A stretch of DNA of 64,000 bases from Gemmatimonadales bacterium. GTDB lineage: Bacteria > Gemmatimonadota > Gemmatimonadetes > Gemmatimonadales > GWC2-71-9. The position numbers and the translations under genes are program-made. Under the pieces are notes generated by a model that saw only the letters and a list, made by a program, of their open reading frames with translations, was not told where the DNA came from and ran no database searches. How positions within the stretch are numbered: the stretch's first letter is position 1; each line of letters starts with the position of its first letter. Below, in pieces: positions 56,901 to 64,000 of this stretch. The DNA lies in the NCBI GenBank assembly GCA_041741375.1, contig JBGSKF010000116.1, positions 6,784-70,783 of the forward strand, written 5' to 3'.

Positions 56901-57207
56901 GAAGGAGGCGATCGAGGGCCTGGTCGTGGATTCATCCCAGACCTACATCTACACCAACCTGGCCCACGGACTCCTCCAGAGCGGCCGGGCGCGTGAAGCC
57001 GAGCAGGTGTACCGGGGGTGCAGTGCGGTGCGGTATGGGAATCCGCCGTCTCACTTCGCTGAGGTGGCGCGTCAGGATCTGCGCGAACTCCTGGCCGCCG
57101 GGGCGGTGGACCAGCACCAGGTGGATCGAGCCGAGGACTGGCTCGCCGGCCCGCGGGGAGAATGCGCGGTGCCGGAAGCCCTCACCATGACCGCTCGGAC
57201 CCGGTGA
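53959..57207 (+). CDS. STAND-class P-loop NTPase with a mid-protein TM helix and a C-terminal helical/TPR-like region
   Basis: NPWPGLAAFREGAHAFFHGRAAEIEDLERRV, then Walker A GQSGLGKTS and Walker B VLVFDQFEELF. The helical/winged-helix end is VELTHDVLAEV. A basic stretch precedes TM helix SLLIGATALGIGGLLALGGLVAI, followed by coiled coil and about 450 aa of helical repeats. Confidence 0.75.
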   Translation: MTPRASPVPAGREDPVDTANPWPGLAAFREGAHAFFHGRAAEIEDLERRVRRKPLTVLYGQSGLGKTSLLQAGLFPRLRAEGFLPVPLRLDYAAAAEDPAAQIRHALAEAFRSAGLDAGNRFVEGSVWECFHRLEEEGEGETSARPVPVLVFDQFEELFTVGRGPSESQSRGDLVVEELASLIENRPPRALEARFESHPGLVERFDFERQDYRVLLSLREDYLPHLHDLRGKIPSITLNSMRLGRMDGERALQAVLRPGADLVALPVAQALVRFVAGTPEARRTGHAASSAGAEFRALEVEPALLSLFCRELNQKRIARGDAEISLDLVRGSREAILQEFYEGCFADQPPAVRAFVEEELLTESGFRESLTRERAEQELSRRGARPGALDVLINRRLLQVEERLRVQRVELTHDVLAEVARQSRVGRRHQEALEEAERQAGQARELSRRARRRSLLIGATALGIGGLLALGGLVAIRQSRLAREASVKAQVAESLAVQRAEDVTRLNRGLVDSAAILSNQRDELGRQAAAVAAALRQQEMLRRDAESNAAQARDLGAAAARRLEQICDYSLALASALSAEVNSQQLPDSRSGEDGGGGAAASEVFQEYLQTTNRHFDSLYVQDSSAACVRQMRARIKVIAAGAAQERNRRQEILRWSREGLGAVQALRDLDDAGSRHLAQILYTDLAYYLWLVDDTTNAQSAAVEGITVSRVLDARDNRNTLFRHARLHQMYGNVWIDRKEYARAREEVLAGLRIADSGLRRADQDSLSLLLARSQLSLRLGALDTLAGAHETAAQHYAEAVASAEARVSHRRTRATVEWLGRTQEWLGNLSRSLGRYDAARTAWANAARTLQDTILPVATALPHLERIQRSAIRLELAAADTGRALEQLRLRLRLDSARVRQTRGLPAALDTLANALTLMGSVAQASRRFDLAIRARAELIGVRRDLLRFEGRTARSNLAIALGNSAWSRLFGREGEEAVKEAIEGLVVDSSQTYIYTNLAHGLLQSGRAREAEQVYRGCSAVRYGNPPSHFAEVARQDLRELLAAGAVDQHQVDRAEDWLAGPRGECAVPEALTMTARTR

Positions 57208-57566
57208 GTCTCGCACGGTCGCGCCTGCCGACCGAATTCAGGACGATCTGGTTGTGCCGGCCCGTGAGCAGGACACCTGGCACCGGTGCTGTTTCCACAA
57301 CTCCGGAGAATCGCCTCGGGCTGGTTCCCATACGTTCTGGTCCTGGCGGGGGGGCAGGGGAGGAGGAGTGGGCTCGGTGCCACCACAGGCAACGGTCAAG
57401 CCCGCATTGTAGCACGAATCAACGGTAGGAGAAAGTCGCGATGGCCACCTCCGGCCTCGGGGGGATATCGTGAAGAGTTGGCGCCATTCATGGGGCACCG
57501 CGCCGCGCCCGGGCTTCAATCCGGGCGAACAAGACGTTGCGACACTCAGGCTCCAGATTGGTGCAG

Positions 57567-58126
57567 TCAGACCGGGGCGAACAAGGTCTCAAGGTCCAAA
57601 GTAAACGCGGTTCGGGCACCTGCGGGGTGCCACCGGAGTGCATCGTGAACGACCACCGGTTTCGTGGCACCGGCTGTCCAGCACTCCACTCGATGGGCAA
57701 TGGGGTCGACCACCCAGTAGAGCGGAACCCCTGCCTCCTGATACAACCGTCGCTTGGCTCCCCGGTCTCCCCGGTGACTCCCGGGCGAGAGAACCTCCGC
57801 CACCAGCAGGAGAGTCTGCACCCGCCGCCAGTCGAGCGTCCTGATCTCGTCCCACGGTGCCACGAAGACGTCGGGTTGCACCAAGGAGTCCGGCCCCCAG
57901 GAGATGTCGCCGGGGACGCGAGCACCATGCCCACCGGTGCGGTGGTGAGATACCGTGTGAGCGCATCCGCTAGTCGGACCACCACGATCTGATGCCAGAG
58001 CGAGGGCGCCGGGGTCACGACCAGCTCCCCGTGGGCTGTTTCGTACCGGGACCCGTCCGGAGGCAGGCCGAGGACCATCTCGGCGGTCCAGAACTCGCGG
58101 CGTGGGGACAAGGCAGGCATGCCCAT
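57567..58126 (-). pseudogene. Uma2-family endonuclease gene disrupted by a 1-nt deletion (frameshift)
   Basis: The N-terminal half (MGMPALSPRREFWTAEMVLGLPPDGSRYETAHGELVVTPAP...) is in the frame of track ORF 57488-58294. The C-terminal half (DISWGPDSLVQPDVFVAP...LYWVVDP...) is in the frame of ORF 57567-58190. My manual alignment to 45845-46405 gives 91 versus 92 nt across 57901-57991. Confidence 0.7.
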
Positions 58127-58629
58127 ACGTTCGTCTCGGCGGTGGAGGTTGCGCAAGGGGGGGGGAGAAAAAGTGGTGGCGCATACCCAAGAATCACCGG
58201 TATCGGCGGGATCGGGGCACCGTTTCGGCTCAGCGGTGACCCGGAAAATGCGTGGCGGTATCAGAGAGTGGGGAATCGGTGAGGGCGGCGCCAACGGCAG
58301 CGAGTCCGTGGGGGCGACCTCTGTGTGTTCTCGGGGTCACCGAGAAAGCACCTGCTCACGCGGAGACGCGGAGACGCGGAGGGGAGTGCGTGGCCGCGAT
58401 TCTGGGAAACTCCGGTGCATGAGAAATGGGTGGCCCCACCCCCCACCAGTGATACTCGCCACTGCTCCCGGTTCCAGGAAGCGGTATTCCACCTCCGCGG
58501 CTCCGCGTGGGAACATTCCGGATCCCGGCCCGGTGCGATTGCCACAGGGCGGACGCGTGAGGACAGCTTGACCAACTTGACCAACAGGGCCGCCCCGCGG
58601 TACCTTCTCAGGCAATCGGAGGTGCCATC

Positions 58630-58887
58630 ATGAAGAAGCACGCGGTACGGGAATCAGTGAACCTCTACGAAGCCAAGACTCACCTCAGCGCCCTGGTCGA
58701 ACGGGCCGCGGCAGGAGAGGAAATCGTCATCGCCAAGGCGGGACGGCCCAAGGCGCTGCTGGTGCCACTCGCGGACCCTGGAGTGCGCCGAGTGTCGGGT
58801 CGGGGCCGGGGGCGGTGGCGGGTGGCGCGGGACTTCGACGCGCCGTTGCCCCCGGACATTCTTGATCGCTTCGAGGGACGGGAGTGA
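58630..58887 (+). CDS. Type II antitoxin, Phd/YefM family
   Basis: VNLYEAKTHLSALVERAAAGEEIVIAKAGRPKALLVPL. GTGA overlap with the PIN toxin gene. Confidence 0.75.
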   Translation: MKKHAVRESVNLYEAKTHLSALVERAAAGEEIVIAKAGRPKALLVPLADPGVRRVSGRGRGRWRVARDFDAPLPPDILDRFEGRE

Positions 58888-59255
58888 ACCTCCTCCTGGA
58901 TACCCATGTGCTCATCTGGTGGGACGAGGGAACTCGGCTCTCCCGGGACGCCCGGTCCGCGATCCGTGGTGCGGACCAGGTGTTCGTGAGCGCCGTCTCC
59001 GCCTGGGAGGTCGCGATCAAGACGGCGCTCGGCAAGCTCCGGCCCAGCCGCACGGTGGCCGAAGCCGTGGAGGAGTCGGGGTTCGAGGAACTCCCCGTGT
59101 CGTTTACCCATGCGGCCCTCCTCGCCACGCTTCCGCCGAACCATCGGGATCCATTCGATCGGATGCTGGTTGCCCAGGCCCGATGCGAAGGTCTCGTCCT
59201 GGTGACGCGGGATCCCGTCTTCCACTGCTACGACCTTCCGGTGCTGAAGGCCTGA
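58884..59255 (+). CDS. vapC: Type II toxin, PIN-domain ribonuclease VapC
   Basis: LLLDTHVLIWW, SAVSAWEVAIK, HRDPFDRMLVAQA and LVTRD: the acidic PIN quartet context. Confidence 0.85.
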   Translation: MNLLLDTHVLIWWDEGTRLSRDARSAIRGADQVFVSAVSAWEVAIKTALGKLRPSRTVAEAVEESGFEELPVSFTHAALLATLPPNHRDPFDRMLVAQARCEGLVLVTRDPVFHCYDLPVLKA

Positions 59256-59264
59256 CGGCAGGGC

Positions 59265-59440
59265 GATGTAGAAAAGGTGAGGGTCTACCGGGTGAAGGGA
59301 GTAGGGGGTAGGGAGTAGGGAATAGGGGCGGGGCGCAGCGTCGCCCGAGGCCAGGATGTTCCCGGTACGGTAGGGAATAGGCGATAGGGACCAGGGGGTA
59401 GGGGATCGGGGCTGCTCGCGAACGGCCCCTACCGCCTGTC
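59265..59440 (+). repeat. Orphan copy of the propeller-gene 3' module plus G-heptads and degenerate hairpins
   Basis: gatgtagaaaaggtgagggtctac (59265-59288) matches the last codons of 42915-44189 at 22 of 24 nt. Then heptads at 59296-59330, ...gcgcagcgtcgcccgaggccaggatg, heptads at 59369-59408, and ggggctgctcgcgaacggcccc (59409-59430). Confidence 0.8.
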
Positions 59441-59544
59441 TATGCCCGCCTGCACCCTGCCGTCCGGACGCCAGGTCGGTCGTCGAACGGGGAGTGGAGG
59501 ACGCAGCCGACGGGAAGTGCACCGACCCGTCTCCATAGATCCCT

Positions 59545-59643
59545 CGCTTTGCGCGCGGGATGACGATCAACCAGGTATTCCCAGGTCCCTACTCCCTACT
59601 CCCTACTCCCTACTCCCTACTCCCTGTCGTCCGCCTACCGCCC
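59545..59643 (-). repeat. Minus-oriented palindromic unit plus G-heptad array upstream of the DPP-IV gene
   Basis: Plus strand reads gatccctcgctttgcgcgcgggatgacg, followed by (ccctact)5-like cctactccctactccctactccctactccctactccctgtcgtccgcctaccgcc. Confidence 0.8.
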
Positions 59644-59706
59644 GCCGCCTTCCCACCATACAATTCCAAGGTACCCGTGCCGGTTCACCCTCAACCCGGT
59701 TTCCTC

Positions 59707-61974
59707 ATGCGTCTCCCGCACCGCCCGATCCCGTTTCTCCTTGTCCTGCTTGGTGTTGTCCTGCCGGTCCAGGCCCAGCAACCCGATCCCTCCCTCCTCA
59801 CCGTGGAGCGGATCTTCGGTTCGGCCGACTTCCGGGGCGAGTTCTTCGGACCGGCCCGCTGGCTCGATGGGGGGGTGGCCTACACCACCCTGGAACGGGC
59901 CGGGGACGGGCGGGGCCGGGATCTGGTTCGCTACGAGACCGAGCGGGGAACCCGGACCATCCTGGTGGCGGCGAGTGCGCTCGTTCCCCCGGGTGCGGAC
60001 GCTCCCCTCGCCATCGAGGACTACGCCTGGTCTCCCGCGGGAGACAAGCTTCTGGTCTATACCAACAGCGAACAGGTCTGGCGCGCCAACACGCGCGGCG
60101 ACTACTGGGTGCTCGACCGCACGAGCGGTGCCCTCCGAAAACTGGGTGGGCCCGAAGCCGCTCCTTCCACCCTGATGTTCGCCAAGTTCTCGCCGGACGG
60201 AAACCGGGTCGGATACGTGCGCGAGCACGACCTGTACGTCGAAGATCTGGCGGCCGGGACCATCACCCGTCTCACGACGAATGGCTCCCGCACTCTGATC
60301 AACGGCACCTTCGACTGGGTGTACGAGGAGGAGTTCGGCCTGCGGGACGGATGGCGCTGGAGCCCCGACGGCCGGACCATCGCCTTCTGGCAGCTCGACG
60401 CCACCGGGGTGCGCGACTTCCACATGATCCGCACCACTGATTCGCTCTACTCCACCGTGGTTCCGGTGCAGTACCCCAAGGCGGGGGAGGCCAACTCCGC
60501 CGCCCGGGTGGGGGTCATCCCGGCCACGGGAGGAGAGATCCGCTGGTTCGCTCTCCCCGGCGATCCCCGCAACACCTACCCGGCCCGGATGGAGTGGGCC
60601 GCCACCTCGGAGGAGGTGGTGATCCAGTACCTCAACCGCCTCCAGAACCGTCTCCAGCTCCTGCTCGGCGACGCCCGCAGCGGGGCGGTCCGGCCCATCC
60701 TGGTGGAGGAGGACAGCGCCTGGGTCGACGTGGTGGACGACATGGTCTGGATGGAGGACGGGAAGGCCTTTACCTGGGTCAGTGAACGGGATGGATGGAA
60801 CCACCTCTACCTGGTGAGCCGCGACGGAAAGTCGGTGCGGCTCCTCACCCCGGGTGACTACGACGTTCTCAACGTGTTGTCGATCGACACGCGCGGGGGA
60901 CATGTCTACTACATCGCCTCTCCCGAGCAGCCGGCCCAACGGTACCTCTATCGGGCCCGCCTCGACGGGAAGGGGAGCGCCGAGCGGCTTTCCCCCGCGG
61001 GAGCGTCGGGAAGCCACGGTTACACCATCTCCCCCGATGCCCGGTGGGCATTCCACACCATGTCGGCCTTCGGGCTTCCTCCGGCCATCGACCTGGTCCG
61101 GTTGCCCGACCACCGGCCCGTGCGGGTCCTTGCCGCCAACACGGCGCTTCGGCAGAGGATGGAGGGACTCCGGCGCGGTCCCGTCTCCTTTGAGACCATC
61201 GAGGCGGAGAATGGGGAACGGCTCCAGGCCTGGGTCATGAAACCGGCGGACTTCGACTCCACACGGCGGTATCCTGTCCTGTTCTATGTCTATGGCGGCC
61301 CGGGAAGTCAGACCGTGCTCGACAGCTGGGGCGGGAGCCGATACCTGTGGCACCTGATGCTCACCCAGAAGGGGTACGTGGTCGCCAGCATCGACAACCG
61401 CGGCACCGGCGCCCGCGGGAGCGCCTTCCGGAAGATCACCTATGGCCGACTCGGTGTGGTGGAAACGGAGGATCAGATCGCCGCGGCCCGGGCCTTTGCC
61501 CGGCGGCCCTGGGTGGATCCCGCGCGGATGGGGATCTGGGGATGGAGCTACGGCGGGTTCATGACCCTCAACAGTCTCTTCCAGGGGAACGATGTGTATC
61601 GGATGGGGATCGCCGTGGCGCCGGTCACCCACTGGCAGTACTACGACAACATCTACACCGAGCGTTACAACGGTTTGCCGCAGCAGAATCGCGCGGGGTA
61701 CGACACCGGGTCGCCCTTGTCGCACGTCGCGGGACTCACCGGCGATCTCCTGCTCGTGCATGGCACCGGAGACGACAACGTCCACTATCAGAACTCCGAG
61801 GCGCTCATCAATGCGCTGGTGGCGGCCAACAAACCGTTTGATTTCATGAGCTATCCCAACCGGAACCACAGCATCTCCGGAGGCACCACGTCGGTGCATC
61901 TCTTCTCGACCCTGACCCGTTATCTGGATGAGCATCTGCTCCGACCTGTTCGGGAGGCATCGTTGACCCCGTGA
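59707..61974 (+). CDS. Dipeptidyl-peptidase IV / S9B prolyl oligopeptidase family serine peptidase
   Basis: Signal MRLPHRPIPFLLVLLGVVLPVQA. DPP-IV N-terminal propeller (FSPDG..VGYVRE.DLYV, DWVYEEEF). Catalytic GIWGWSYGGFMT, then VHGTGDDNVH. The track start at 59560 reads through repeats. Confidence 0.9.
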   Translation: MRLPHRPIPFLLVLLGVVLPVQAQQPDPSLLTVERIFGSADFRGEFFGPARWLDGGVAYTTLERAGDGRGRDLVRYETERGTRTILVAASALVPPGADAPLAIEDYAWSPAGDKLLVYTNSEQVWRANTRGDYWVLDRTSGALRKLGGPEAAPSTLMFAKFSPDGNRVGYVREHDLYVEDLAAGTITRLTTNGSRTLINGTFDWVYEEEFGLRDGWRWSPDGRTIAFWQLDATGVRDFHMIRTTDSLYSTVVPVQYPKAGEANSAARVGVIPATGGEIRWFALPGDPRNTYPARMEWAATSEEVVIQYLNRLQNRLQLLLGDARSGAVRPILVEEDSAWVDVVDDMVWMEDGKAFTWVSERDGWNHLYLVSRDGKSVRLLTPGDYDVLNVLSIDTRGGHVYYIASPEQPAQRYLYRARLDGKGSAERLSPAGASGSHGYTISPDARWAFHTMSAFGLPPAIDLVRLPDHRPVRVLAANTALRQRMEGLRRGPVSFETIEAENGERLQAWVMKPADFDSTRRYPVLFYVYGGPGSQTVLDSWGGSRYLWHLMLTQKGYVVASIDNRGTGARGSAFRKITYGRLGVVETEDQIAAARAFARRPWVDPARMGIWGWSYGGFMTLNSLFQGNDVYRMGIAVAPVTHWQYYDNIYTERYNGLPQQNRAGYDTGSPLSHVAGLTGDLLLVHGTGDDNVHYQNSEALINALVAANKPFDFMSYPNRNHSISGGTTSVHLFSTLTRYLDEHLLRPVREASLTP

Positions 61975-62007
61975 GGTCGGGATCCACCTCAACCCGGGAG
62001 GCACACC

Positions 62008-62223
62008 ATGCAGTACGAAGCGATTGTGGAACTGCTCGACTGGGCGGGAGGGCATGAGCATGCGGTGCGGATCACCACGTCCGACCATAACACGGTCCAC
62101 GGAATTCCCACCAGCGTCGACACCCATGTGGCGGCGCACGAGGTCTACATCCGCCCCCTGGGCATCGAGGATACCGAGATCGCCATCTCCCTCGGGGCGA
62201 TCGAGTCGGTGGAACTGGCCTAG
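62008..62223 (+). CDS. Small hypothetical protein (71 aa)
   Basis: GGGAGG lies 7 nt upstream of the ATG. No recognisable motif. Confidence 0.35.
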   Translation: MQYEAIVELLDWAGGHEHAVRITTSDHNTVHGIPTSVDTHVAAHEVYIRPLGIEDTEIAISLGAIESVELA

Positions 62224-62239
62224 GGAGTCTCTGATCAAT

Positions 62240-62267
62240 CGTCATCCCCGCGAACGCGGAGATGACG
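62240..62267. repeat. Palindromic element CGTCATCcCCGCGaaCGCGGaGATGACG
   Basis: An outer 7-bp stem and an inner 5-bp stem. It belongs to the same family as the gtcatccc...gggatgac units elsewhere in the window. Confidence 0.75.
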
Positions 62268-62382
62268 GGCATGGACGTCCGGTCACATTGATCGGCGCCT
62301 TCCTGGGGTTGCGCAAAACGTTGCGAGCTGAAACATTTCACCGGCCCGCTCCGTACCGGCTGAGGTAACCTGGAGGGTGCCC

Positions 62383-62649
62383 GTGGACAGACAGACGCTG
62401 GCGGTGATGATCCCGGTTCTTGCGGTGTTTTTCGCGGGGCTCGTGGCGCTGTCGCGCACCGCCATCGGGAAGGCGCTGGCCCGGCGGATCGGGGGCGAGA
62501 CCGGCGCCCACCTCGATGAGCATCGGCTGGCGGTCCTGGAGGATGACATGGAGCGGCTCCGGCAGGAGTTGATGGAGACCCAGGAGCGGCTCGACTTTGC
62601 CGAACGGCTCCTGGCGGCGCCGGCACGAGGAGGGAGTGGAGAGGAGTGA
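62383..62649 (+). CDS. Small TM + coiled-coil protein, member 1 of five tandem paralogs (ERLDFAERLL motif)
   Basis: GGAGG lies 6 nt upstream of the GTG at 62383. TM helix LAVMIPVLAVFFAGLVAL. Contains IGKALARRIGG and ends ...LRQELMETQERLDFAERLLAA. The stop TGA is inside a gagtgagaag-type repeat. Confidence 0.55.
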   Translation: MDRQTLAVMIPVLAVFFAGLVALSRTAIGKALARRIGGETGAHLDEHRLAVLEDDMERLRQELMETQERLDFAERLLAAPARGGSGEE

Positions 62650-62688
62650 GAAGCGAGAGAATGCGCGACGCCGGGGAGGGCGTTCGAG

Positions 62689-62964
62689 ATGGGTGAGCTG
62701 GTGCCGATCTTCGGGATGCTGACGGGGATAATCGTGATGACGGTCCTCGGCATCACCATCGTGAAGGTGATGAACGGGCCGGTGGGAAAGGCGCTCGCCA
62801 GGCGCATGGGGCACGGCGCTGACGGCGACCAACCCTTCCCGGAGATCGAGGCGCTGCTGGAGCGCGTCGAGGCGCTGGAACACCGACTCGTGGAGACGGA
62901 AGAGCGACTGGAGTTCACCGAGCGGTTGTTGAGCGACCCGACGCGCCGCATCGGAGGGGCCTAG
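62689..62964 (+). CDS. Small TM + coiled-coil protein, member 2
   Basis: TM helix IFGMLTGIIVMTVLGITIV. Contains VGKALARRMGHG and ends ...LEHRLVETEERLEFTERLLSD. Confidence 0.55.
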   Translation: MGELVPIFGMLTGIIVMTVLGITIVKVMNGPVGKALARRMGHGADGDQPFPEIEALLERVEALEHRLVETEERLEFTERLLSDPTRRIGGA

Positions 62965-62967
62965 CCG

Positions 62968-63207
62968 ATGGAGGATATCCTTGCCATCACCTTCCTGTTT
63001 GGGGGTGGCACGCTGGCGGCACTCTCGTTCAGCCCGATCGGCCGTGCCATCGCGGACCGCATCCGGGGGAGAAAGGGTCCGGAAGGGCCGGACCAGGCGC
63101 TCCTGGACGAGGTGGAACAGCTGAGAGTGGAATTGACCGAGGTTCAGGAGCGTCTGGACTTTGCCGAGCGGCTGCTGGCGCCGAGAGGAGTGAGTGAAGA
63201 GAAGTGA
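62968..63207 (+). CDS. Small TM + coiled-coil protein, member 3
   Basis: Begins 3 nt after the stop of member 2. ILAITFLFGGGTLAALSFSPIGRAIADRIRG...LRVELTEVQERLDFAERLLAP. The stop is inside a gtgagaa heptad repeat. Confidence 0.55.
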   Translation: MEDILAITFLFGGGTLAALSFSPIGRAIADRIRGRKGPEGPDQALLDEVEQLRVELTEVQERLDFAERLLAPRGVSEEK

Positions 63208-63276
63208 GAAGTGAGATGGCACGAGACGTTCGCCGTGCGTGGAATCGCTCCCTAACCGGAACCAAGGCGGCTGGTC

Positions 63277-63525
63277 ATGGAAGGCGTGCTCGCAATCATC
63301 TTCATCTTCGGCGGCGGAACGCTGTTCCTGCTGTCGGTGAGCCCTGTCGGGAAGGCCTTTGCTGAACGGTTGCGGGGGCATCCCTCCGCGACCCAAGACC
63401 CCGAGGTTCTCGACGAACTGCATCAGCTCCGCCAGGACGTGGTTGAGCTGCAGGAGCGGGTGGATTTCGCGGAGCGGTTGCTCTCCGATGGACGGCGAGA
63501 AGCGGGGGCGGGGAATAGGGAGTAG
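63277..63525 (+). CDS. Small TM + coiled-coil protein, member 4
   Basis: VLAIIFIFGGGTLFLLSVSPVGKAFAERLRG...LRQDVVELQERVDFAERLLSD. The stop TAG (63523-63525) lies inside a GGGAATAGGGAGTAGGGAG array. Confidence 0.55.
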   Translation: MEGVLAIIFIFGGGTLFLLSVSPVGKAFAERLRGHPSATQDPEVLDELHQLRQDVVELQERVDFAERLLSDGRREAGAGNRE

Positions 63526-63594
63526 GGAGCGGGGAATAGGGGGTTGGCGGTTGGGACCGCAGACGGAACGTCACCCCGGCGAACGCCGGGGTCC
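63508..63594 (+). repeat. G-heptads plus the cgtcaCCCCGGCGaaCGCCGGGGtcc palindromic unit
   Basis: gcggggaatagggagtagggagcggggaatagggggttggcggttggg, then acgtcaccccggcgaacgccggggtcc (63568-63594). The latter unit also heads the A units at 39369 and 39518. Confidence 0.8.
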
Positions 63595-63644
63595 AGCGGT
63601 GGAGAGCGCACTGGCGGACACACATCCCGGGAGGACACACCACG

Positions 63645-64000
63645 ATGCCACCAATGGAACAGGCCGCAGGGATGCTGATCCAGGTTCCAGCTCCTCCGCT
63701 GCCGCCGGAGGTGGTGGTCCTCCCCGGTGGCCCCCCCGAGGAAGTGATCCTGTTCGTGAGCCTGGCCGTTTTGGCCGCGGGATTTTTTCTTCTGCGACCG
63801 CTCTTCCGCGCCTGGGCTCGGCGCATCGAGGGCGGGGCGACCTCCCCGGAACTGGCCGCGGATGTTGAGCAGATGCGGGAGCGCCTGCAGGACGTGGAGA
63901 TGCTGCATCAACGGATCGGGGAATTGGAGGAACGCGTGGACTTCGCGGAACGATTGCTCGCGGAGGGGAAACGGCAGGAAGTGATGGGTAGGGGCGGCTC
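63645..64000 (+). CDS. Small TM + coiled-coil protein, member 5 (longer N-terminus; 3' end beyond the window)
   Basis: My own translation; it is absent from the track because there is no stop within the window. MPPMEQAAGMLIQVPAPPLPPEVVVLPGGPPEEVILFVSLAVLAAGFFLLRPLFRAWARRIEGG...MLHQRIGELEERVDFAERLLAEGKRQEVMGRGG. GGGAGG lies 10 nt upstream of the ATG. Confidence 0.5.
   Translation, partial: MPPMEQAAGMLIQVPAPPLPPEVVVLPGGPPEEVILFVSLAVLAAGFFLLRPLFRAWARRIEGGATSPELAADVEQMRERLQDVEMLHQRIGELEERVDFAERLLAEGKRQEVMGRGG

Noticed and set aside
59560-59706. N-terminal extension of the DPP-IV ORF, and other ORFs translating as PYSLLPTPYSLLP (also 7311-7625, 48094-48612 and the N-terminus of 10891-11850), considered as a possible repetitive or collagen-like protein.
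   Set aside because: The repeat peptide arises only because the C-rich strand of the heptad arrays lacks stop codons. The real genes have proper signal peptides or starts downstream (for example ATG 59707, with MRLPHRPIPFLLVLLGVVLPVQA).

Overview
High-G+C bacterial chromosomal segment: spot counts of single 60-nt lines give about 70 % in backbone genes and 55-60 % in one island. It is gene-dense, and many operons are linked by 4-nt ATGA/GTGA stop-start overlaps. No rRNA, tRNA, CRISPR array, transposase or integrase was recognised. Phylum is not determinable here; the gene content feels like a soil Gemmatimonadota- or Acidobacteriota-type organism, which is inference only.

Left to right:
1. 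A NapA-like molybdoenzyme (5' truncated) with a tandem-NapB-like pentahaem cytochrome and a tetrahaem/FeS/NrfD quinol module.
2. Housekeeping genes: SPFH, GNAT, gyrB, DUF721, recF, crotonase, mtnA, glpK.
3. A four-gene porin plus multihaem-cytochrome operon with about 45 haem motifs. It is bracketed by two paralogous zinc-ribbon membrane proteins and followed by ccmEFH(I), in which CcmE is a Cys-type variant.
4. A 9-kb minus-strand array: TPR, Cys-less transglutaminase-like protein, ABC exporter, then a standalone C39 peptidase, three small GGAGG-preceded hydrophobic peptides (two with CxxC...CxxxC), thioredoxin, membrane protein and ABC transporter.
5. uvrA followed by a mosaic repeat block.
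6. A lower-GC island encoding a Cys-rich secreted peptide, a TlpA-like thioredoxin and beta-propeller lipoproteins.
7. Uma2 endonuclease genes with tandem 3' fragments and one frameshifted copy.
8. An ECF sigma / Ser-Thr kinase pair.
9. A degenerate-SIR2/TIR fusion coupled to a membrane-anchored STAND NTPase (defence-like).
10. VapBC and DPP-IV.
11. Five tandem small membrane paralogs ending in ERLDFAERLL.

Intergenic space holds several repeat families. The most notable are heptad arrays that carry a stop triplet in every frame and sit on or next to gene ends.
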